Source: a virus
Lineage: Duplodnaviria > Caudoviricetes
Virus record (IMG/VR): IMGVR_UViG_3300035696_000004
Coordinates: 64,001 to 128,000 of that record
Direction: 5' to 3' (one strand)
Length of the DNA stretch: 64,000 bases
Below the pieces are notes generated by a model. It worked only from the letters and a program-made list of their open reading frames with translations. It had not been told where the DNA came from and searched no databases. The position numbers were made by a program, and so were the translations under genes. Position 1 is the stretch's first letter. The number at the start of each line of letters is the position of its first letter. Positions 9,682 through 17,019 of the stretch are shown here, one piece after another.

Positions 9682-10262
9682 AACGAATTCCCTAAGTTAG
9701 TCGATCTCTGATGCAAGAAAATGGTGATGCCTTGATCGGATGCGATCAGGTCATACTTCGGAAGAGGCTCGTTATGTTTACGAGCACGGGCCTCAACTTC
9801 ATGGAGTTCTTCCACTACCTTTGTTAAACCAATTCGATCTTCGACCGAAAGCAGCTTCAGAACCACTCGTAGTCGAGCGTTAATGAGGATAGACTGCAAC
9901 GTAACGACCCCTCTGATGTCAGTGTACTCCGTTACACCAGAGACGCTCCTGAGGGCTTTGCGGTCATCCAGAAAGAATTCAAATTCAGCCAGGACGTCTT
10001 GTTCATCTACCGTGTCGTTGATAACGAAGACCTCGAGTACGAGTTTTTTGCCAAAGAGGAGCGACTCTTTGACACGATAGATCCCACGGATCAAATCCCG
10101 CTCGTCAATATGACGTGCTTTAACTCGATCATCGCGTGCCACCATGACTTGATGAACCAACCCCGCCAGCACGAATTCATCCAGGTGTGCTTTCAACGGG
10201 TAAAACACATCCGGTATACGCACCAATTCCACATTCAGAAATTCCGTATCGATAAACCGCAT
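9654..10262 (-). CDS. Hypothetical early protein
   Basis: 202-aa ORF with AAGGA RBS, downstream of early promoter and leader hairpin. Confidence 0.7.
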   Translation of the reverse strand: MRFIDTEFLNVELVRIPDVFYPLKAHLDEFVLAGLVHQVMVARDDRVKARHIDERDLIRGIYRVKESLLFGKKLVLEVFVINDTVDEQDVLAEFEFFLDDRKALRSVSGVTEYTDIRGVVTLQSILINARLRVVLKLLSVEDRIGLTKVVEELHEVEARARKHNEPLPKYDLIASDQGITIFLHQRSTNLGNSLCLLELPSR

Positions 10263-10293
10263 GATAACCCATCCTTATTAATGAAGTATCGGC

Positions 10294-10326
10294 TCAGAGG
10301 GAGGGGTCAATGACCCCTCCCTCTGA
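10294..10326 (-). promoter_or_regulatory. 16-bp perfect inverted repeat in 5' leader
   Basis: tcagagggaggggtca-a-tgacccctccctctga between promoter and RBS; no U-tract. Confidence 0.65.
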
Positions 10327-10347
10327 TAGGTTTTAGTGTTCAATCAA

Positions 10348-10372
10348 GTAATGTAGGTTTGAAATATTCTAG
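10348..10372 (-). promoter_or_regulatory. Early promoter
   Basis: CTAGAATATTTCA-AACC-TACATTAC. Confidence 0.7.
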
Positions 10373-10373
10373 A

Positions 10374-10655
10374 CTACCGCTCCGTATGGCTCTTGACAGC
10401 GACGGCTGCACTGACACTCAGGATCACACTGGACGATCCTGTTGCACCAGCAGCAAAACCAACGTAGTTGAAGCTCCCAGTCTTCAGGGTGCTATACACC
10501 GTCCCGAAGATAAACAATAGTGCGACAGCAATGCAAAACGGATACCCTACGACCCGTGCAGGATCGTAATCCCCATGCATAGTCGTGGCGCAGTCGTTGA
10601 TGACTTTATACAGGATCATTTTGAAACGATCCGTATCGATACCAAACAATTTCAT
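10374..10655 (-). CDS. Small membrane protein
   Basis: 93 aa with hydrophobic segments; coupled to AAA ATPase gene by ATGA overlap. Confidence 0.55.
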   Translation of the reverse strand: MKLFGIDTDRFKMILYKVINDCATTMHGDYDPARVVGYPFCIAVALLFIFGTVYSTLKTGSFNYVGFAAGATGSSSVILSVSAAVAVKSHTER

Positions 10656-11938
10656 GTTGATCCTTTCGTCACGAGTTCCCCGATGAAGGCAGCAGGGTCA
10701 TTTCGATGCTTCATGAATTTGGCTTGCAAGGTGCTTCCAGGGCAGTCTTCAAAAACCGCACCCTCAGGAACAACGCAGCCCGGAAATACCAGATCGATGT
10801 AACGACGAATCGCTTCATCATCCAGAGGCAGGATTTCGAACTGATGGTCGCATCGACCATCCCGCAAGATATTGTCAGCGATGATTTCTTTTCGATTGGT
10901 GGTGAGAAAGATCACTGTTCGATTGAGTTCTTGGACACCATCCAGCGTATTCAAAATTGTCGTTAACGAAACGCCATCGTCGAATAAGCTCCTGACCGAT
11001 TCTTTCCCGTAAGGATCGTAGGTCGTGATCGCATCACTATCAGGGTTATGAACAGCTGGAATTTTAACTTGGGCTCCGTTCTTGTGGGTAGCGGGGCAAG
11101 AGTCAAAATCTTCAATAGCCACGATACCGCCATACGCCATGGTCATCAGTTTCGGGAACATGGTGTCCGAGCAGGTATTCAGATTGACCGCGTACACGGA
11201 TCGATCGAAGTGCCCTGCGATACTTTTGATCAACGACGTCTTACCGGTTCCTGGAACACCGTATAAAAGGATGACGAGCTTGTACGGAATCCCCCGAAGC
11301 CGATACCAGGATTCACTGGCGTAGAATTCTTCGATCAGCTTGACGATGTCTTCTTTAGTGGTGTCCCGTGTCACAATGGTCGATAGTGGTCGCTTAGGAG
11401 CACCGACAGCAGCCGCGAAATTATAGCCTTCATTGGTGTGCACATAGGAGAGATCTTTCGCATATCGCCACCGGAAAGCCTTTGTCAAGTCCTCCATGAC
11501 TTTCTTCGATCGTGTCAGGCAGTAAATGACACTTTCCATCTTTTCTTTTTCCGTCCCTGTCGAAGCTAGACGTGAATTGACGACCCAGAAGAATCGTTTT
11601 TTGTAAAAGAAGAAGTGCGTGCCGTATCCGGGCACCAAGATACCTTCTTCGAGACCATAGTCTCCTTTGAAAAAGAATTCACGACTCAACGCTAGCAACG
11701 TTTTGTCTTTGACCCATATGTTGAATTCCTTGAACTCACGTTCAAACTCCGAGGTCGAATTATTGAGCATGATCGTGGACGTACAGGCTTTGAAGATCGT
11801 GCGTCCCAGTTGATTCGGTACGCTACGCAGAGCCCAGGTCAAAATACCACCGATCCAGATCCCGATAGCCCCCGATAACATCGGGTTGGATTTAGTGAGT
11901 GCGTAGAAGGATTGCATGAAAGAAAGTGGTGTACTCAT
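10652..11938 (-). CDS. BCS1-like membrane-anchored AAA+ ATPase
   Basis: N-terminal TM helix; RGIPYK...LLYGVPGTGKT (Walker A); VAIEDFD (BCS1-type Walker B); TILNTLDG; FLTTN; RDGRCD arginine finger. Confidence 0.85.
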   Translation of the reverse strand: MSTPLSFMQSFYALTKSNPMLSGAIGIWIGGILTWALRSVPNQLGRTIFKACTSTIMLNNSTSEFEREFKEFNIWVKDKTLLALSREFFFKGDYGLEEGILVPGYGTHFFFYKKRFFWVVNSRLASTGTEKEKMESVIYCLTRSKKVMEDLTKAFRWRYAKDLSYVHTNEGYNFAAAVGAPKRPLSTIVTRDTTKEDIVKLIEEFYASESWYRLRGIPYKLVILLYGVPGTGKTSLIKSIAGHFDRSVYAVNLNTCSDTMFPKLMTMAYGGIVAIEDFDSCPATHKNGAQVKIPAVHNPDSDAITTYDPYGKESVRSLFDDGVSLTTILNTLDGVQELNRTVIFLTTNRKEIIADNILRDGRCDHQFEILPLDDEAIRRYIDLVFPGCVVPEGAVFEDCPGSTLQAKFMKHRNDPAAFIGELVTKGST

Positions 11939-11999
11939 GTTGCCCCCTTGATGGTTTCATAGAAGAACACCGACAAATAAAAAAAGAAAGAGGCGTCAT

Positions 12000-12023
12000 A
12001 GAGGAGACCCGAAGGCCTCCTCT
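12000..12023 (-). terminator. Intrinsic terminator
   Basis: GC stem with UUCG loop on minus strand, followed by T-rich tract. Confidence 0.7.
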
Positions 12024-12032
12024 AGACTGAGA

Positions 12033-12455
12033 TCAGGAGTCGTCACTTTCCAGTTTTACGACACTTTTAGGAAAGGGTGGATCACCTTCATTCTTTATTT
12101 CGAATACACCTTTCAGTTCGTGCAGGGGTGATGCACCCAGGAGATGCAAAATGGTGTACCAATCACCATCTCGCTCATCCCCGTGAACTCGCCATCCTTC
12201 ACGGGTTCGAATAAAGCACGCAACCGTCTTCATGTCATCATCGCGGATGACTAAGTACCGCCGCCCAAATAGTTCAAACTGCTGAATGTTTCCGCCGAGC
12301 CGTTCTACTTGGTCCATCATGGCGATAAAGGCAGCCCGAGAATTCAACTTGATGCTCTCGATCCGCGCTGCATTCTTGAACGATTTGTAGATGACGTAGA
12401 TCAGCAGGGCGTCGCTGATCCCGAGACAAATCATCAGAAAGGATACGATATTCAT
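12033..12455 (-). CDS. Membrane-anchored hypothetical protein
   Basis: 140 aa, N-terminal TM helix. Confidence 0.65.
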   Translation of the reverse strand: MNIVSFLMICLGISDALLIYVIYKSFKNAARIESIKLNSRAAFIAMMDQVERLGGNIQQFELFGRRYLVIRDDDMKTVACFIRTREGWRVHGDERDGDWYTILHLLGASPLHELKGVFEIKNEGDPPFPKSVVKLESDDS

Positions 12456-12467
12456 TTTCCGTCCTTT

Positions 12468-13442
12468 TTAAGGGTGTGACCAGGCATTCAAATAGTCACG
12501 ATCGCGGAAGGGTTCCACCAAGAACGCTTCATTAAACTGCTCAGCCTGCAAGAGGCGTTCACGAATCCTCCAGAGTTCTTCGGCCTGACACGCATGACCT
12601 TTCTGACCAAAGACATCCGAGAAGCCGGTTGCTTTTTTCAGAATTTCTTGGAGTTCGGGGTTTTCGTAGATGTAGAGTATCCAAAGATGCTCGTAATACT
12701 TCCGGCATTCCTGGATATTGATCGGGCATTTTCCTTTGGCTTCTTGCCAAGAGAGTCCGGTCTGACCTCCTTCAAACACTTTGTAGCGCTGATAGAGTGT
12801 TTCGATCGACATATTCCCATACTTCTTGACCCGTGCGTAAAACGCGCTGAGTCGACGATCCCCTTTACTGCTGCACTCGAGATACGGTGCCTCACCAAAA
12901 CGCAACATGTCATTTCCTTTCTTTACTAAGCGATCCGCAATCGCCACAATTTGATCATCTGTTAAGTCGTCGACATCCATCCCCGGTGGCAAGATATGGA
13001 ATCGATCAACGTGGTGCGCTAGTAGAAAACCCCCTGCATCCCCGTCGCACATAGAGAGCGTGCGGTTAGGAATCGCTCTAAACCATTGGGTGAGGTTTAG
13101 AGGGTCTGCCCCAAATACGGCAACAGCGTTATAGCCCAGCCGTTTTAGCCGATTTGCATCGAATATCCCCTCCTGAACAAATAAGGGCTTTTTCGGATCG
13201 TACGTTTCAAGACCCCACATACCGAGCTCAACATTATGCCATCGATACCGAGAGAGGTAGGTGTAGTATTTCGCCAATTTAGGGTTGTCGGGATTGTGTT
13301 TTGGATAGGACGGGTTGTAAACCTGGAAACCAATCAATTGTCCCGATAGATTCCAAACCAAAAAGGTTGCATCCACATCCGTCACTGTCAATCCAGGGTA
13401 ATCGTCAGGATTGAGATGTCTGGAGAGGAGGTGTTGATGCAT
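12468..13442 (-). CDS. Toprim domain fused to NADAR/DarG1-like domain
   Basis: N-half: LFVQEGIFDA and DGD Toprim motifs; C-half: LECSSKGDRRLSAF..SIETLYQRYKVFEGG..FSDVFGQKGHACQA, matching DarT1-associated NADAR pattern; internal AAAGGA RBS + ATG at 12908. Confidence 0.75.
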   Translation of the reverse strand: MHQHLLSRHLNPDDYPGLTVTDVDATFLVWNLSGQLIGFQVYNPSYPKHNPDNPKLAKYYTYLSRYRWHNVELGMWGLETYDPKKPLFVQEGIFDANRLKRLGYNAVAVFGADPLNLTQWFRAIPNRTLSMCDGDAGGFLLAHHVDRFHILPPGMDVDDLTDDQIVAIADRLVKKGNDMLRFGEAPYLECSSKGDRRLSAFYARVKKYGNMSIETLYQRYKVFEGGQTGLSWQEAKGKCPINIQECRKYYEHLWILYIYENPELQEILKKATGFSDVFGQKGHACQAEELWRIRERLLQAEQFNEAFLVEPFRDRDYLNAWSHP

Positions 13443-13902
13443 GTTCGAGTTCTTTCTTTCTTTTGGCTCTGAGAGCCTGTCGGGTGATCGACCGGCAATA
13501 GGGGCAATATCGGCGCGTCTGATTCCCTTTAGGCATACGCAAACGATGTCCTCGTTTGCAATAGTCTTTGGGACAAGTCCGACCTAGTCGCCATGTCAGA
13601 TTATCGAGCGTGATCGGCTGGTCCAGATCAACGATGGTTCCGACCTCACCTTTCACGGGCGGCCTGACAAACGTCGACAACATCAGAGCATAGAGCATCT
13701 TGCGACGATAGACACCATCGATGCAGAGGCTTACACCAGGATAACCCTGGGTGTCATACGTCACCTTGAGTATTTTACCGGGGAGCATCTGCCCGTGTCG
13801 ACCGATGTGTTCCTTTGAACGGAAGTTCCCTAAGTTGGAGATTTCGTAAATTCCTTCACTCCCATATGCGGGTTTCCAGATTTCATTCATATCGAGTGTC
13901 AT
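13405..13902 (-). CDS. NUMOD4 protein with degenerate HNH region and C-terminal Cys/His cluster
   Basis: EIWKPAYGSEGIYEISNLGNFRS = NUMOD4; HNH histidines absent (IVDLDQPITLDNLTW); CKRGH...CPYC. Confidence 0.75.
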   Translation of the reverse strand: MTLDMNEIWKPAYGSEGIYEISNLGNFRSKEHIGRHGQMLPGKILKVTYDTQGYPGVSLCIDGVYRRKMLYALMLSTFVRPPVKGEVGTIVDLDQPITLDNLTWRLGRTCPKDYCKRGHRLRMPKGNQTRRYCPYCRSITRQALRAKRKKELEHASTPPLQTSQS

Positions 13903-13934
13903 TCAGTGTTCCAAATAAAAAGTATGGATGGGTC

Positions 13935-14248
13935 ATAAGGAGCAGCCCGAAGGCTGCTCCCGTAGTATCACGTAAAGAGGCACTCCATTGCATCGTATTC
14001 CTCCACTGGCCATCTGGATCGATACGATGCAACAGGCTGCTTCCTAAAGCCAAGCTATTCGGGTGCGGCAACGGACCCGATGGCCAGACTCGTGTAGAAA
14101 ACAACTTCTCGGGGATAGCGCCCACGAGCGTACGATTAAGTCAGAAGCGGTCTCGCTACAAACCACTCCGACACCTCTGATGATACATCGTGAGGTCTCA
14201 TTTGCCGCTGCCACCGCCGCATCTCGGGCAAAATGGCGCGCGGCGCTT
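13935..14248 (-). ncRNA. Unassigned highly structured ncRNA (about 310 nt) downstream of hammerhead cleavage site
   Basis: No credible ORF; successive helices found by eye, including an 11-bp perfect stem (14032-14022/13998-13988) and a 9-bp loop-distal pairing. Confidence 0.65.
13939..13960 (-). terminator. Terminator-like hairpin closing the ncRNA
   Basis: GGAGCAGCC-UUCG-GGCUGCUCC followed by UUAUG, the tail seen after other hairpins in this genome. Confidence 0.75.
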
Positions 14249-14309
14249 GACGCCACCAGATACGATGGCGTTTCGTTCCTTTATACGTGGCCGGAACTCA
14301 TCAGAAGCG
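14244..14309 (-). ncRNA. Type I hammerhead ribozyme
   Basis: CGCUU-CUGAUGA-GUUCC(13-nt loop)GGAAC-GAAA-CGCCAUC(GUAUCU)GGUGGCG-UC|AAGCG: full core and all three stems; cleavage predicted between 14249 and 14248. Confidence 0.93.
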
Positions 14310-14368
14310 TAGCCTTGTGTCTGTGCACATCATTGCGTAGCTGTGTAAAAAACCACTCGCCGGACCTA

Positions 14369-14710
14369 CTACCCACGATCAATTTCGATCGTGGACGGGA
14401 TCACGCCATTCCCTTGGCCGAGGTAGCGAACGAGAGCGAATTCGATCGACTTGAGCGGGTTCGGATCGGATTCATCGATCAGGATGCGGTATACTTGTCG
14501 TTTCGGGGTATCCGGTTCGGCGTCAGCGGTTTGCTCGTCGCCGGTGCCCAGGATGGTCTTGACGATTTCTTTGGCACGTTCTTTGATCGTGCTGGAAATC
14601 TGTTCGTCGAGGGCGCCGAGGTCGTCCGCGATGTTCCGGACCCTAATCAGGGCGTCCAGCTCGACTTCCAGGGCTTCGAATTTTTGTTTGAGGGGTACGT
14701 GTACTTGCAT
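14369..14710 (-). CDS. Hypothetical protein
   Basis: MQVHVPLKQK..., coiled-coil N-terminus; last ORF before the ribozyme. Confidence 0.65.
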   Translation of the reverse strand: MQVHVPLKQKFEALEVELDALIRVRNIADDLGALDEQISSTIKERAKEIVKTILGTGDEQTADAEPDTPKRQVYRILIDESDPNPLKSIEFALVRYLGQGNGVIPSTIEIDRG

Positions 14711-14772
14711 GGGTGTTTTCTTTCTTTCGTTGTGTGGAGTTTGGACATAGTAAAGCCAACTGATGTAAAAAA

Positions 14773-15003
14773 TCAGTCCGCTTTGTAGGTGTGGTATGCA
14801 CAGATCGTACAATACCTTCCCTCACCTGCGACTTGGGCGTATTTGAAATCATGCCCTTGTTCACCGCATTCTCGCTGGAGTTCTTCCAGTTCGAAACGAT
14901 GTGTGTTCGCGAGCTCTTGGCGTTCTTTGTCTTGCTTTGCGCGGAGACACGATACTCTCACCGCCATGATGGTCCTATGCGTCATCAATGCCATTCCATC
15001 CAC
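14773..15003 (-). CDS. Small protein with C-terminal Cys/His motif
   Basis: CGEQGHDF...CTICAY. Confidence 0.55.
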   Translation of the reverse strand: MDGMALMTHRTIMAVRVSCLRAKQDKERQELANTHRFELEELQRECGEQGHDFKYAQVAGEGRYCTICAYHTYKAD

Positions 15004-15209
15004 CCTTCCGGAGGTTGAGTAGGGATTGATAACCCTTCGCTGTGGGATTCCGAGGCAGGACTGGACGAGCTTTCGCTTTCCTTTTTCTTTTTGTCTGCTT
15101 CGATAAACTCACGTGCGACCTTCTGGTCAATTCCATGGGCATCAGCGAACTCTTTATCATGAGCGGCGATCTCCATGAACTTGTGCTGCTTTTCCGATTT
15201 GCTAGGCAT
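14985..15209 (-). CDS. Conserved small phage protein
   Basis: MPSKSEKQHKFMEIAAHDKEFA..GIDQKVAREF motif common in phages; GGAG RBS. Confidence 0.7.
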   Translation of the reverse strand: MPSKSEKQHKFMEIAAHDKEFADAHGIDQKVAREFIEADKKKKESESSSSPASESHSEGLSIPTQPPEGWMEWH

Positions 15210-15223
15210 TTTCGTTCTCCTCG

Positions 15224-15517
15224 TTACGAGGTTAGAAAACCCAACTCCTCCACGGCAACCTTGAAGGACTTGTTCTTCTGGGGTTCCAACGGGAAGTGCC
15301 CCCAGCGCACCCATTGCGTCGTCACATACGGGTCTGTAATGACGGCGTCGGTATTCGGTACGGCTTTCGCCAGCACAGATGGATCATCCAGCCTCGATAC
15401 CAAACGAGGGACACCCGTCGTGCCCCATTGTTCGGCGACATCCAGACACTCGATTCCGGATTCGAGAATCGTTCCGTCCTCTTTCAGGAACGTCACGAAA
15501 ATAGTCGGGTCGCTCAT
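15224..15517 (-). CDS. Hypothetical protein
   Basis: 97-aa ORF, overlap-coupled. Confidence 0.6.
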   Translation of the reverse strand: MSDPTIFVTFLKEDGTILESGIECLDVAEQWGTTGVPRLVSRLDDPSVLAKAVPNTDAVITDPYVTTQWVRWGHFPLEPQKNKSFKVAVEELGFLTS

Positions 15518-15804
15518 TGGAGTGCTTTCGTAACATCACCCAGTAACCCGAGTGCTTTCTGTACCAGAGGAAGATCGCGTTCAGGATCACTAGGGATCCC
15601 CAGGCTGTCAGACGCACCGAAGACACTGACTTCGAACGTCGACTTGTCAATCATCAGGAAACCCGCGGATACCGCATCACGACCCCGGAAGAAAGACGCT
15701 ATGTCGTAATGGCTGACACTACGAGGAAAGACCAGAGCGATGAGGTTTTCCCCGTCAATCGATCCGGTGACGTATTTCCCTTGAATGCATGGATCACTGT
15801 ACAT
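15514..15804 (-). CDS. Conserved phage hypothetical protein
   Basis: VSAGF...GASDSLGIPSDPERD motif. Confidence 0.65.
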   Translation of the reverse strand: MYSDPCIQGKYVTGSIDGENLIALVFPRSVSHYDIASFFRGRDAVSAGFLMIDKSTFEVSVFGASDSLGIPSDPERDLPLVQKALGLLGDVTKALQ

Positions 15805-15810
15805 CTTTTT

Positions 15811-16134
15811 TCACCTTAAAAAGTAACAGACTCCGCTTTTCAGACGGACATGGACCATGTTTTCAGCCGCCGAGGTAGCCTCCACGACTTCTGCGTTCGC
15901 ATACGTCATGAAGAGTTCAACGACGTGCTTTTTCCATTCCGTCATCCATTGGATATGCAAATATCGCCATACCTGCATATCGTCGTACTGACTCGGATGC
16001 GGGGCCGGTTTCAGTTTGCAGTATTCCCGCAACTGGTAGTCACGGAAACGTTTCCAGTCGGGATGTGCGGATTCATAATGCTCCGCCATATACTCCACGG
16101 GTTCAGAAGGAAACACGAGTTCGATGGCATTCAT
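15811..16134 (-). CDS. Hypothetical protein
   Basis: 107-aa ORF with GAGAGG RBS. Confidence 0.6.
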   Translation of the reverse strand: MNAIELVFPSEPVEYMAEHYESAHPDWKRFRDYQLREYCKLKPAPHPSQYDDMQVWRYLHIQWMTEWKKHVVELFMTYANAEVVEATSAAENMVHVRLKSGVCYFLR

Positions 16135-16206
16135 ACATTCCTCTCATCATTGAGTTCTGAATCAAAGAATTACGTCCCCGTGTTTCTTTTTATTAGCCGA
16201 GCCCCG

Positions 16207-16980
16207 TTATTCCCGTTCGAACCATTCGGAAGGTTCGCGTTCTACAGGTTCGCGTTCAAACGGCTTGACATCCGTGACGGTGAGCGAAGACATGTCAGAC
16301 AATACTGAAAAGGCTTTGACCAGCGTCGCATTGATGAGACTTTCCACGGCCTCAGCGGTGACTAATCCTTCAAGCCCGGGAATCCAGTGAAGAGGGAGCC
16401 AATTGACGCCGATCAGTACGGCATCAGGCCCTATTTTTCCACTAAATATTTCAATATGCCCAGGGTATTTGGCGGCATCCGACGATTCTTTTTTGATGGT
16501 GCATACCAGGCTACCCGGGCAGCGAACCACCAAGCCCGGCTGAGGACCGGTACGGATCGAAATATCGAAATCGGGACGGTGCCGGAAACTTGACATTTCA
16601 AATAGATTTTGATCAATCGGACGCGGCAGAATAAGAAGACCTTTTTCATTTATGAACTCTTTGATCTTGAGGTCGAGCGCCTTGAATAAATGTTCATTGC
16701 TGAAAGAAATTCCGGTCATCCCCTTCGTGTACAATACCAGGTCGATTTTTTGCTCGGTTGCAGCGCGCTGAGTGCAGCCAACCATAACCTTATAATCAAG
16801 CAAGTAGCTTGCCGACAAACCGACCTTCCGTATGCAATCGATGACATCCGTCTTCTTGAAGATGTCGACTACGTAGGATCCGTGACTGACCGTGCCCAGA
16901 CGTTTTTCCAGGAGTTCAGCCGGAAACTCAATCGTCGATTCAGGTGCGTTCATTTTGCTTCTTTCTAATGTAGATGGCAT
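16207..16980 (-). CDS. Hypothetical protein
   Basis: 257-aa ORF; short C-terminal EREP repeats. Confidence 0.65.
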   Translation of the reverse strand: MPSTLERSKMNAPESTIEFPAELLEKRLGTVSHGSYVVDIFKKTDVIDCIRKVGLSASYLLDYKVMVGCTQRAATEQKIDLVLYTKGMTGISFSNEHLFKALDLKIKEFINEKGLLILPRPIDQNLFEMSSFRHRPDFDISIRTGPQPGLVVRCPGSLVCTIKKESSDAAKYPGHIEIFSGKIGPDAVLIGVNWLPLHWIPGLEGLVTAEAVESLINATLVKAFSVLSDMSSLTVTDVKPFEREPVEREPSEWFERE

Positions 16981-16982
16981 AG

Positions 16983-17008
16983 AGGACTACGGGAAATCCC
17001 GTAGTCCT
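16983..17008 (-). terminator. Stem-loop after dcd
   Basis: aggactacggg-aaat-cccgtagtcct. Confidence 0.7.
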
Positions 17009-17019
17009 AAGAGGGCGGA

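Noticed and set aside
14034-14044. AGGAAGCAGCC matching the 3' side of SRP RNA helix 8
   Set aside because: The required 5' CAGG strand and GNRA tetraloop are missing
13988-14087. HDV/theta-like ribozyme at the 3' end of the ncRNA
   Set aside because: Strand order is wrong (the partner lies in the hairpin loop, not after P3) and no tRNA is nearby
14044-14256. tmRNA-like tag frame (GCAAAUGAG = ANE...) inside the ncRNA
   Set aside because: No short tag ending in LAA/AA, no resume-codon context, and no tRNA-like acceptor/T-arm or CCA end
14278-14293. Loop II sequence GGCCACGUAUAAAG resembling pistol ribozyme
   Set aside because: No adjacent CGUGG P1 partner or pistol pseudoknot; the segment is fully explained as hammerhead loop II
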